The notes under the pieces: model-generated
What the model was told of the DNA's origin: nothing
Seen by the model: only the letters and a program-made list of their open reading frames with translations
Databases searched by the model: none
NCBI GenBank assembly: GCA_963780735.1
Contig: CAWADB010000006.1
Location: 827,282-891,281, forward strand
DNA from: an uncultured Bacteroidales bacterium
Lineage (GTDB): Bacteria > Bacteroidota > Bacteroidia > Bacteroidales > VadinHA17
Length of the DNA stretch: 64,000 nucleotides
Reading direction: 5' to 3'
Position numbers and translations under genes: made by a program
Part shown: piece by piece, positions 40,113 through 50,479 of the stretch
How positions within the stretch are numbered: the first letter of the stretch is position 1
Layout: each line of letters opens with the position of its first letter

Positions 40113-42152
40113 ATGTATTATCGTATAATTCTGGCTTTTAATGTTGCCATTGTTATGGCAATAAATTCATTGACTGCAGTTAACGGGCAATCAACCGATA
40201 GTTTGTTGTATTTATTAAACCATGACTATATCAGGGAAGACACCAATAAATTAGATCTTCTTTATAAGATAGCTTCAAATTCCGTTGACGCAGATACAAT
40301 TTTAAAATACAGTGAGCAGGCAATAAAACTTGCTGAAAAATTGAATGTAAGTCCTGTGCAGCCTATTGTTATGAAAGGGACAGGCTACATGAGTTCCGGG
40401 AAACTTGCATCAGCACTTGAATGTTTTTTGAAAGCAGCCAACTATTATCAGGATAGTCACCAAAGCATCGGCCTTGCAATTGTATATCTGTATATATCAG
40501 AGGCATATAACCAGCAGGAAAACCATGAAAATGCGAAATACTATCTTAAAAATGCCATTGAAATCTTCGAAAATGAAAATGATTCGACAGACCTGGCTCC
40601 TGCCTTGCACAATTTAGGTTATGTCAATTACAGTATGGGGCAGTACGATACCGCCCTGGTCCTGTATCAGCAGACGAGTAAAATATACCAGAAGCTGGGT
40701 CTGGTTACTGAATATGGCTGCTGCCTGGGTAACATGGGACTGGTTTATTCCAGGCAATCGGAATTTGAAAAAGCAGAGGATTTTCTGCTCCGGGCTATTG
40801 AAATACTTACCGGGCAGGGTGATGATTATGCGGTTACGCAGTTTATGATTGAATATGCCGGTATTCTCCAGCATAAAGGGGAAATTAAAAAAGCCATAGC
40901 CTGCGCAACAAAAGGTTTTGATAATGCTTCAAGGAATAATATTGTTGAGTTTGAACGCGACGGAGCCTATCGTCTTTCTCAGCTATATCAGGTTTCAGGG
41001 AAATATGACAGTGCATACCATTATCAATCGTTGTTTATAAGCGCTAATGACAGTATCAGGAGCTATAAGAATATTCAGAAAATGGCTGATCTGCGTACAG
41101 AATTTGAAGTGTCTAAAAAGCAGGCGGAGGTTAATGTACTGGAAAAAAACAAGATGATTCAGCTTATTGTGATCATAAGCCTGGGGCTCATCCTTTTGCT
41201 TGCCGTGGGATTCATCCTGCTTTATTACAACAGCCTTAAACGGTCGCGGAAGTTTACAGCCGCTCTTGATGAGCGCAGGATATTACTGGAAAAGCAGGGC
41301 ACAGAGCTGAAAGAACAGAACGACAAAATTACCATGTCAAATGAAGAACTGAAACAATTATATGATATAACCAACAGCCAGAAGGATGAAATAATCAGCA
41401 GTATTCTCTATGCAAAAAGCATACAGTCAGCGCTTATGCCACAGGAAGCATACATAACTGAATTACTGAATGAAAATTTCATACTCTTCAAACCCAAAGA
41501 GATTGTAAGCGGTGATTTCTACTGGATAAAACAGGTAAATCATTTCATCATACTGGCAGCAGCAGATTGCACGGGTCATGGAGTGCCTGCGGCATTTATG
41601 AGCATGCTTGGGATCAGCTTTCTGAACGAAATTGTTCAGCGGAGAGAGATCACTCAGGCGAACCAGGTGTTGAACGAATTGAGGATACAGATTAAACATT
41701 CACTCAGGCAAACCGGGAAAAAGGAAGAATCAAGGGACGGGATGGACATAGCAATATGTGCCATAGATTGCAAAAAAAATATACTGCAGTATTCAGGTGC
41801 ACATAATCCGCTTCTTTTCATAAGCAACAATAATGGAGCACCGGAACTGAAAGAATTTAAGGCTGATCCGATGCCTGTCGGTGTAAATTACTCATGTGAT
41901 AAATCTTTTACCAACCATGAGTTTCAGCTTAAAACCGGGGATATATTTTATATTTTTTCAGATGGCTTTGTTGACCAGAATGGTGGAATCCACAACCATA
42001 AGTTCACCAGCGAAAAGTTTAAGGAGTTACTGTTTGACATCCACGATCAACCCATGTATGAACAAAAAGAAATTCTGGAGCAAACTTTTAAAGACTGGAT
42101 GGGTAAGCAACCTCAGAGAGATGATATATTAATCATCGGGGTGAGGATGTGA
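40113..42152 (+). CDS. TPR-sensor membrane protein with SpoIIE/PP2C phosphatase domain
   Basis: Signal peptide, TPRs, one TM, coiled coil; SGDFYW, ADCTGHGVP, DGMD, SDGFVDQ, DDILIIG. Confidence 0.92.
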   Translation: MYYRIILAFNVAIVMAINSLTAVNGQSTDSLLYLLNHDYIREDTNKLDLLYKIASNSVDADTILKYSEQAIKLAEKLNVSPVQPIVMKGTGYMSSGKLASALECFLKAANYYQDSHQSIGLAIVYLYISEAYNQQENHENAKYYLKNAIEIFENENDSTDLAPALHNLGYVNYSMGQYDTALVLYQQTSKIYQKLGLVTEYGCCLGNMGLVYSRQSEFEKAEDFLLRAIEILTGQGDDYAVTQFMIEYAGILQHKGEIKKAIACATKGFDNASRNNIVEFERDGAYRLSQLYQVSGKYDSAYHYQSLFISANDSIRSYKNIQKMADLRTEFEVSKKQAEVNVLEKNKMIQLIVIISLGLILLLAVGFILLYYNSLKRSRKFTAALDERRILLEKQGTELKEQNDKITMSNEELKQLYDITNSQKDEIISSILYAKSIQSALMPQEAYITELLNENFILFKPKEIVSGDFYWIKQVNHFIILAAADCTGHGVPAAFMSMLGISFLNEIVQRREITQANQVLNELRIQIKHSLRQTGKKEESRDGMDIAICAIDCKKNILQYSGAHNPLLFISNNNGAPELKEFKADPMPVGVNYSCDKSFTNHEFQLKTGDIFYIFSDGFVDQNGGIHNHKFTSEKFKELLFDIHDQPMYEQKEILEQTFKDWMGKQPQRDDILIIGVRM

Positions 42153-42192
42153 TGAGCGCCACTCCCGACGTTTAACATAAAGAAATTTTTAT

Positions 42193-42200
42193 TAATTTTG
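42193..42200 (+). promoter_or_regulatory. -7 promoter element for tRNA-Cys
   Basis: TAATTTTG 15 nt upstream of the tRNA. Confidence 0.6.
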
Positions 42201-42215
42201 CACCCGTAATATTAT

Positions 42216-42286
42216 GGTCGGTTGTCCGAGTGGCTAGGAATCGGTCTGCAAAACCGGCTACGGCGGTTCGAATCCGCCACCGACCT
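42216..42286 (+). tRNA. tRNA-Cys(GCA)
   Basis: Acceptor stem GGTCGGT/ACCGACC; U discriminator; anticodon loop CTGCAAA; GGTTCGAATCC T-arm. Confidence 0.96.
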
Positions 42287-42450
42287 CAATCAATCCCTCA
42301 GGCAAAGCCTGGGGATTTTTTGTTTTATGACCGAACACTGCTTGCAGAAGTGAGGGAATAAAATAAAAAAGACCCTGCCGCCGAAGGCGGGAGGGATTGG
42401 TTGACGGGCTCTCCAAAACCGGATCACCAAAGGTAATCCGCCACCGATCT
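42287..42450. repeat. tRNA-linked palindromic element ending in a duplicate of the tRNA-Cys 3' end
   Basis: CAATCAATCCCTC/GAGGGATTGGTTG and TTTTTGTTTTAT/ATAAAATAAAAA arms; AATCCGCCACCGAtCT at 42435 repeats 42271-42286 (15/16). Confidence 0.65.
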
Positions 42451-42465
42451 GTTACAACCAGCTAT

Positions 42466-43533
42466 TTACCTCTTTGTGAGTAATTCAAACAGCGGATCAT
42501 TTATGTAGTAGTTGCCTGTCCCCAGTTTCTTTTTGGTTATTAGTTTGTCCTCAGCAAGCTGATTCAGATAATTGGCTGCAGTAATCCTGGATACATTTAA
42601 ATCTCTCTGAACAAACTCAATCTTGGTATATGGATGCTTAAACAGGTTGTTTAATAAATCCTGACTGTAAAACTTATATTTTTCTCTTAATATGCCCTTA
42701 TACTGCATCATTAAATCACGAATTCCCGAAATCAGATCAATGGTCTCCCGTGCAGTCAGCTCAATCCCCTAAATCATAAATAAGAGCCACTCTTCCCAAT
42801 TGTTGTTTTCTCTGACATCCTGAAGTAATCTGTAATAGTCAGATTTGTTCTTAATTATATACTTGCTTAAATATAAAATTGGAAGGCTTTGAAGTTTTTC
42901 ATGAATTAGATAAAGAATATTGATTATTCTGCCGGTTCTGCCATTACCGTCATAAAACGGGTGAATACTTTCAAACTGATAATGAATGATTGCCATTTTT
43001 ATCAAAGGATCATAATCACATAAGCTTCGGTCATTTATAAATTTCTCAAGATTAGCCATCAGGTTTCTAATCTCTTCCGGATCCTGAGGAGGAGTATAAA
43101 TGACATCACCCGTTGCAGCACTTTTCAAAGTTGTACCAGGCAATTTTCGAAATCCGGCATTGTTTCCCTCAAGTTCTTCCTGGACCCTTAAGATGATCTT
43201 ATTTGTTAGAAGACCATATTTTGAAATTAATTCAAATCCCCTTTTTGTTGCACTGATGTAATTTTGAACTTCTTTGGCATTAAGTGATTTAAAAGAATCA
43301 AGGTTTAACTCTGTCTTGTACAGATCATCATGAGTCGTTATGATGTTTTCAATTGCTGAACTATCTTTTGCTTCCTGTAACCCAAGAGTATTGATTAGAA
43401 TAGTCTGGTTTGGAATAGTTGAAGCGATCCCCTTTAGTTCAGCAAGTGCAGCATGCGCTGAAGGCAGTCTCTTTAGTACTGGCTTGGTTTCAATGTCAAT
43501 ATTAAGGGGCAGTGGAATTAATTTCGTATTCAT
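42466..43533 (-). pseudogene. Fic-family AMPylase (SoFic-like, C-terminal winged HTH) interrupted by an in-frame TAG
   Basis: SSAIEN inhibitory motif; HPFYDGNGRTGR; TAG at 42771-42769, then the same frame continues GIELTARETIDLI... into the HTH ORF 42466..42711. Confidence 0.85.
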
Positions 43534-43535
43534 TA

Positions 43536-43603
43536 TGTAAAGAAAATTAGGTTTTCTATACAAAGAAAGCGTCTTTTGTAAAGAAAAGCAAGTTTTCTTT
43601 ACA
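43536..43603. promoter_or_regulatory. Two tandem palindromic operator-like sites upstream of fic
   Basis: TGTAAAGAAAA-N5-TTTTCT(A/T)TACA at 43536-43562 and 43577-43603. Confidence 0.65.
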
Positions 43604-43844
43604 TTCCAGGGTATATTTGATAAGATTAAGCAAATATTTTACGATTGATTAAGGCTGCCCGGCAATAGTACCAACGGCCAACGGGTTTGAACAGCAAGCG
43701 TTTGTGGCGCCGTCTGCCGAAACGAGCCCTGGGACTTTGGCTAAATCTGCAATTATTTCTCAGTGAATCTGGAGCCTATGGATCTTTGAGTTTTATACTT
43801 TAGTTGCTTTAACTGGAGGATAAACTTCTTAAATAAGTTGGGGG

Positions 43845-44135
43845 TTACTCTAGTCCTTCAAGCAGGACAGTGTCACATTTAGCTGCTCTTAATCTATACT
43901 TAAGGATTTTCTGATAATCATCTGAATAATACCATGCTTCAAATTCTTCCCTGCTACTGAATTCTATCAATACAGATTTTGTATAGTCCCAAGATCCCTC
44001 TAAAAGAGAAGGAGACTCGTCTATCGCAAGGTATTTTCCATTGAATTTAGAAAATATCTTGTCGAAGTTTTCAAGGTATTTTTCATATTCATCATGATCA
44101 TTGATCTTTATCTGTGCTACGAAATATTGTTTCAT
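43845..44135 (-). CDS. DUF1330 family protein
   Basis: 96 aa; GKYLA..LEGSW..LIEF..WYYSDDYQ. Confidence 0.88.
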   Translation of the reverse strand: MKQYFVAQIKINDHDEYEKYLENFDKIFSKFNGKYLAIDESPSLLEGSWDYTKSVLIEFSSREEFEAWYYSDDYQKILKYRLRAAKCDTVLLEGLE

Positions 44136-44292
44136 GACATGCAGGTAAAATGGTTTAAACTGTTTATATCAATTAAAGCTGACAGCACTGCAAAAACTAT
44201 GATAAGTTTATTAACTTTTTTGTTACAGTCAGGTATTGGTGTTTTATTAAGCATCACCCTGACCTGATGTATTAGTACTGTGGCTAAATGCG

Positions 44293-44647
44293 TTATTTGA
44301 ATTTTAAAAAATCACCATCAATGATCATTACTTTCACACCATTTTTACTAAATGAACGATGTGAACTCAATTGATCAGAAACCACATAAGTCATTCCCTT
44401 TTTTAATGAAGTTTTATTCACCGTTTTGCAATTCGCTAATGAACTCTCCCTCCAGGCAATGAACAATATGTCCTTTTTGGCACCAATGGTCAGCCAGATA
44501 TCCTTTTGAATATTCTACAATCCGGATTCTCAAACCGGGAAATTGAATAGTCTGACTTGTGGAAGTACCAGTTTCACCCTTATTTTCAATTTTGGGAATC
44601 ATTGTCCAGTCGATCGTCTGAAAAGGTATGTTATTATCAGTTGTCAT
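44293..44647 (-). CDS. DHCW-motif cupin protein, frameshifted
   Basis: YLADHWCQKGH; after an extra base near 44416 it continues SLKKGMTYVVSDQLSSHRS..IIDGDFLK to TAA at 44293. Confidence 0.85.
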
Positions 44648-44746
44648 GTTCCTGGTATTACTTATTTATTGTTCTAAATATACTAAATATCAACTACTAA
44701 CGGAGCTTCCTATTAACCCAAACTCGTTTTTAGCTTTTGGAGGAGA

Positions 44747-45941
44747 TTACAAAGAGTGCATTTCCGGGAGTGCCATTTTAAACTTAGCATTTAAAAAGTC
44801 TATTTTCAATTTTTGTCTGTAAAGATCTGCACACCCATTCAGAACATCGTGAAACATAATTTCTCTAACCTTCAGTGGTTCTTCAAATATCGGGCTGTGA
44901 GCAGAATTTTCAAACGTGTAGAATCCTTTAACTGGCGCCTTAAGTTTCTCAAAATATGCTTTTGCTTCAGAGTAGGAGCACGTGTAATCGTAGATGCCTT
45001 CAAAAAAATAGACAGGGAGTTTAAGCTCGGGCACCTGTTCGGAAAGGTCTGTAGCCAGCATATTTGCCCAGAGTATGCTGATACCTGAACGGGATTTGCC
45101 ACGCCACATATTAATTTTTTCAATTAACGTGTATTCCTTGCATGTAAGCGAAGGTAAAAAGATGCCACTGATTACCGAGTGCATATCGTGTGTAGTGCCA
45201 ATGCCCAGAGAGTGCATTGCCGGATCACGCAATGCACGATATGCATCTGGTGTGCCATTCTGTCATAGTAACCGGTGCTGCTTCAAGTTTTCGCACCATT
45301 TTTGTGTTCCCTTTATCACTGAACTGCTTAACCATATATTCGTACGCCAGTCTTTCAGATTTGAGCTGATCCGACATCTGAGCTACACCAATGTAGGCAT
45401 GGTACAACTCTGGCGCTCTTGCTGCCACCTGAATGCCAATGAAGGTTCCTCCCGAATGTCCCATCAGGTAAATCTTTTCCTGTCCAAAACGGTTGCGGAG
45501 GTAATTGGTCAACTCTTTTGTATCAGATATCATTTGTTCCAGAGTCATTGTCTCAGGCGGAATGTCAGCATTATAGGAGAGTCCTGAGCCACGCTGCTCC
45601 CACCAGACCACTGTGAAATAGTCTTCAAGACCTGTAGGGTATTTCTGTGTCAGGAAGTAATCAGGCATACCCCCGTGAAGGTAAAGCAACACTGGATTAT
45701 TTGCATCTTTGCCTTTAATAAACATACCTTGCTCAACTCCATTAATATTTACATATATTTTTTCTGAAATGCTTCCCTGGAGAGGTTTTCCGCTTACATC
45801 CAGGAATGGAATAGCTTTTCCCGGACTGCAAATTCGCAGAAACCCGGCAAAAATGGAAACGCAAACCAATATAACAGATAGCATAAGAATCATAATCCGG
45901 CCCCCCCTTTGTATAATTGACAGATTTGTAAATCGTTTCAT
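44747..45941 (-). CDS. Alpha/beta hydrolase (proline iminopeptidase-like) with N-terminal TM, frameshifted
   Basis: LYLHGG; WEQRGSG; GHSGG nucleophile; YDYT; SAHSP; true 3' end may lie near 44805. Confidence 0.82.
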
Positions 45942-45975
45942 AAAGTTTCTGGTTATTACATCAGTTAACACATAT

Positions 45976-46682
45976 TCATTCCGACTTACCGAAAAGCAGA
46001 CCAATGTAACAGGAAAAACCCCTCATGTTTTGATCCGCCATATAATCCAAATGAGCATGATGAACATACCTGTAGCTGATACCTGCATGAAGCCGCATGA
46101 CCCGGTTAAGCGTGACTTCACCGTAGAGTGATTGTTCCAGTACCGGAAAAATATTAAAGTCATCATCGAATAATTTCTCACTGCTGCATATCGGATCGTT
46201 TTGCCAGAAGGCCGCCCCGGCAGCAATCAGCAGAGAGGTACCGATATTTACCTTTTTTGTTGATAAAATTAAGTACCCTGCTTCAAGTCCCCCGTAACCC
46301 ATTTTAAAGTTCCGGATGGTGTCTTCACTTGTTCCGGAAAGAACGATTGAGTTGGCAATTCCATATCCGCCCCCGCCGATTGTATATCTGTTGTTGATCG
46401 TAAGTGCTCCGCGCCCGCCAGTCATGAAAGCTGACTGTTCGTTGAAGCTGGAAATCTTTAGAATAACTCCGCCATAACCACTGTTGGTGATTTTCCCGCC
46501 AAACAGAGTCCTGTTAGCATTTGATGGGGCTTCTGTGGGTGTTGATGAATCAGCCGGCAGAGTATTCTGTGCATAAGTCCTGCTGACATTCAACATAACC
46601 AAACTCATAACCAGATATAAAGTATATTGTAAACTTGCTGCTGCCTGAATGCCCAGGGGCACTTACTTCTTATAGTTTTCAT
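45976..46682 (-). CDS. Outer-membrane beta-barrel hypothetical protein, probable 5' frameshift
   Basis: GYGG, GGRG and GGGGY glycine-rich strands; probable ATG at 46682. Confidence 0.6.
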
Positions 46683-46732
46683 AATTCATTAATTAAATAT
46701 GATTTAATTCTTTTACTCATTGTGGACTACAA

Positions 46733-49110
46733 TCAGAATCCTTTTTTTTGCGAATTGTCAATCTCCTCTTTTTCACGGCTTATCTTATTCCTGTTTTGAC
46801 CGGAGTTGAACTGAAATCCAAGTTTAAACCAGAAGGGAATAGCCGGCATTAATACATTACCTTCATAAGAACTTTGAAAGTTTGCACCGCTAATTTTTGA
46901 ACCGTTATATGTAAACGATCGGGTAAACGGCATAGCAGTGACAATTCCCAGTTTAATCTTTTGTTTAAAGGTTTTCTCCACCGAGAGGAAATAAAGCACA
47001 TCGGAGTATGAACTGCCCTGAATATCATACTTCGTGCTATTATATTGAAGTGTAAGGGAACAGGCAATATCATGTTTAAATGATGCTATGGCTGAAAGTC
47101 CGGATTCTAAACCCATACTATTTTTATTTCCGATAGAATAGTGTTTTGCAATATTGTTACCGTGAAGTCTGAAGACCGTAAATCTTTATATACGGATTAA
47201 AGGTTGCAAAACCGATTTTAAAGGTTCCTGAAAACTGTAAACCGAGCTGATTTACAGATCCCAGATTCCGGACTTGAGTTTCAAAGGTACTTGTGTCATT
47301 AATGAACATCAGGTTTGTAATATGATTGGTTGTTCTGTTAAAGAAAAGGCGGGAAGCAAGGATAATTACCATTAAACTGAATGGAATGTTCAAGGTAAAG
47401 GCTGCTTAACAATTCCGGTTTAAGGAAAGGATTGCCCAACGCTTACAGTAAAAGGATCACTCAGCGATGTATACGGATTTAACTGGTAAATATTGGGGCG
47501 TTTAATTGTGCGGTTAAAGGATGCCTGAATGTTTTGCTTTGAGGTGAGTTTATACCTGACAGTTGCACTTGGAAGAAAAGAGAGGAAAGGATTGATGAAG
47601 GCATCTTTAAGCTCCGAAACTGATTTTTCGGTTCGCAACCCAATACTCAAATCAATTTTCTCCTGTTTATAGGCAATATTACCGTAGATCGCATAAATGT
47701 TTTCATTATATTCAAAGTCATTGTATCTGTCCTGCGACTTCTGCAATTTTGCCTTTACACCGGTACTGAAAATAAACTTATCCAGAAAGATTGTTTTATA
47801 GTCCAATCTTATGCTAGACACATTTTGTTTTGGTTTTACTGCATATTCTTTTGAAGACCATATTCTCAACAGTCCCGCTATATAAATAATCTGTGCGGTT
47901 TTCTGCCGTCAGGAAATAATTACTTAGGTCTGCTGTAATTTCGCTGCCTTTTTTATCGAAGCTGTGTTTGTAATATAATGAATAGAAGGTACTTGTATTT
48001 ATATCAGTATCATCTTTTACCGACTTCAGGGTATCATTATTTATACCTGACATCCGGGAATAAACATCTCCGTCAAGTTCGCGGGAATAGGGATTATAAT
48101 AACCATAGAAATTAAGCTGGTCCCTGTCACTTAAAAAATAGTCAAATCCATAATGAAACCTGTGCGACCAGTCCTTCTGCCTTAAGTCCTGATTTAAACA
48201 GAACTCATTTGAATCGTTTTCATTCCACACCTTCCGGCTGGTACTTTCATGAAGATTAAGGTATGTAAGTTCTCCGTTATAGGAAGTGTAAAGATTAAGT
48301 TTCTTGAAACCCCAGTTCAGACTGTAAGAAGGGAAAATATATACCAGTGAAGATGAAACAGGTATTTCAGCAAGGATATGTCCGCTAATTCCGGAATCAC
48401 TGTCTTTCTTCAAGACAATGTTAATTGCTCCTGTCACATTTCCATCATAATTTGAAGGAGGGTGCACTGATTACTTCAATCTTGTCAATCTGATCGGGAC
48501 TAAGCTGGCTGATGAAGCTTTTATCACGTTCCTTCCCGTCAACAAATATGAGAATATCAGGGCTTCCTTCAAGTGAAATGTTTTGCATCAGGTCAATCTG
48601 TACCCCGGGGATAAGTTTTAGCACATCGGTTCCGGTATTTGAAACGTCAAGCATCTTTTTTGTGACATTGAAAGTGGTTCTGTCGCTTTCCGATTTTGCC
48701 TTGACCCGTTCACCAACAATAACCAGTTCCTCAATCATAATGGATGTATCCTGTAATAGTATAATCCCGACATCTGTTGCTCCGCTGTTAATTACCTCAA
48801 TGTTTCTGATTACCGGTTTATAGCCGATATTCGACACTTTAAGTATGTAATTACCTGGAATGACAGGGCTTATATTGAATACCCCGTTTTCATCGCTCAT
48901 TGAACCTCCGGCTATTTTTGAGTCGGATGTCTTAAATAATGCAACAGTGGCAAAAGGAACAGCCTGGTTGCTTTTTTCTTCAAAAAGTTTTCCGGTGATT
49001 GATTGTTTTTCCTGAGCATAAACTCCGTTGGAACTTACAATCGCGACAGCTAAAAGCATAATTTTTATGCCTGCAATTCCTTTACAAAATAGTTTAAATG
49101 ATTTTTTCAT
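46733..49110 (-). CDS. TonB-dependent receptor with carboxypeptidase-regulatory-like N-domain, several frameshifts
   Basis: VPFATVAL..DENG; DVLKLIPGV; IDKIEVISAP..YD..GAINIVLKK plug; RPNIYQLNP; five collinear pieces. Confidence 0.82.
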
Positions 49111-49269
49111 TGCTATAATTCTTTTAAGGTTGATTGCACAAATTGAAGAACTATCAATTTGTTTTACAACTTATTGGGAGTTATAGCAAGAATTTGTTAC
49201 GGAATGAAATATTAAACTGAACTTTCAGTAAATAGTTGGGACGAATGGTAAGTTTCTGTGATGAACGGA

Positions 49270-50146
49270 TTAATGATACCGGTTCATTATCTCATCAAAA
49301 TCCCTGGTCTTTTGACGTGAAACCGGAATTTCATTATCAATACCGGATAGTTTTAGGCGATATCCTAAAGTATTTCCCTTTTGAGAATCTGATCATCTTT
49401 AAATTTACAATAAATGCACGGTGTGTCCTGAAAAGGAAAGGAATTGCAGATAATTGCTGTTCTATATTGCTTATTGAATTACGGATAATCTTGCTCCTGA
49501 TCTGATTTTCCAGTTTCAGATGAAAGGCAGTATAATTTCCATCCGATTCGGCATAGATAAACTGATTTGGGTAAAAACTAAGCTCTTCTTTTTTTAACTG
49601 TGACACAATCCGGATTAATTCTTCAGTCTCTCCGGATGATGTTAGATAAGTTGCAGAAGTATTAAACTGTTTTATGATATCTGATACCAGTAAGTAACGG
49701 TAATTAATAATGGAAAAGAAACTAAGCGGTACAACAAAGATCAGAAATGCTGATACTACCGAATCAAAAAAAGTATTCAGGTTCCATCTCTGTATAGGAG
49801 GTTCCAGGAGGAAGCCTGAAAAATATACCGCTATCCCCATTCCAATCAGTGAAATAACGACAGACAATAATTCCTTCAGTACTGTCCAGTCTTCCGGATT
49901 TGAAAAAAACTTAATGCTTTTCAGAATCCTTAGTAATCCGTATAAAGGTATCGACACAATAAAGCAATAAACTGCCACAGTCAGGTTATAGCTAAAGAAA
50001 CGGGATTCATGGGTGTGCAGGGGTTTATAGATAATAACAAAGAGAATACAGAACCCGAGAAAGACCAGTGAGCCAATTAACGGATTCTTAATAATATAGT
50101 TCTGAGGATACCTCTTGTTCAGCCATTTGGAGATCAGAAAAGCCAT
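49270..50146 (-). CDS. Membrane-bound LytTR-family regulator, frameshift near C-terminus
   Basis: 4 TM helices; YAESDGNY; FRTHRAFIVN; tail EIPVSRQK in the shifted frame to TAA at 49270. Confidence 0.85.
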
Positions 50147-50420
50147 TTATTAATCCTGTATTTTATAACCTTTTAACTTTAAAAATAGTAAAATATGTTC
50201 TTGAAAATATATTTATACAAATATTTACATAAAGGGTAAACAGTTGAGTGAAAATATTTTAAAGGAAGCAGATGCCTGCCTGTCTAAAGAAATTTGCCAC
50301 TTATGGAGAAGTTTTCAAGTGCATACAGACCCGGTAAACTGGCAGAATTTGTCATGATGTGCTAAAGGTTTCAGGATTTGGAGGATGAGACGTAGGGCCC
50401 AATAAATCCCTTAAAATAAA

Positions 50421-50448
50421 GCAGAGACGTCGCGTGCAACGTCTCTGC
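50421..50448. repeat. REP-like palindrome, may also act as a terminator
   Basis: GCAGAGACGTCGCGTGCAACGTCTCTGC; related to 17535. Confidence 0.6.
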
Positions 50449-50479
50449 GTATTTTAACAAATGATTTTGTTATGCCTGG

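Noticed and set aside
42769-42771. Genome-wide TAG recoding or pyrrolysine
   Set aside because: TAG ends intact genes normally here (14816, 19019, 20279, 39410), and no pyl genes are seen.
43660-43760. attC-like cassette site upstream of fic
   Set aside because: GC-richer patch, but no clear paired R/L boxes and no second copy.
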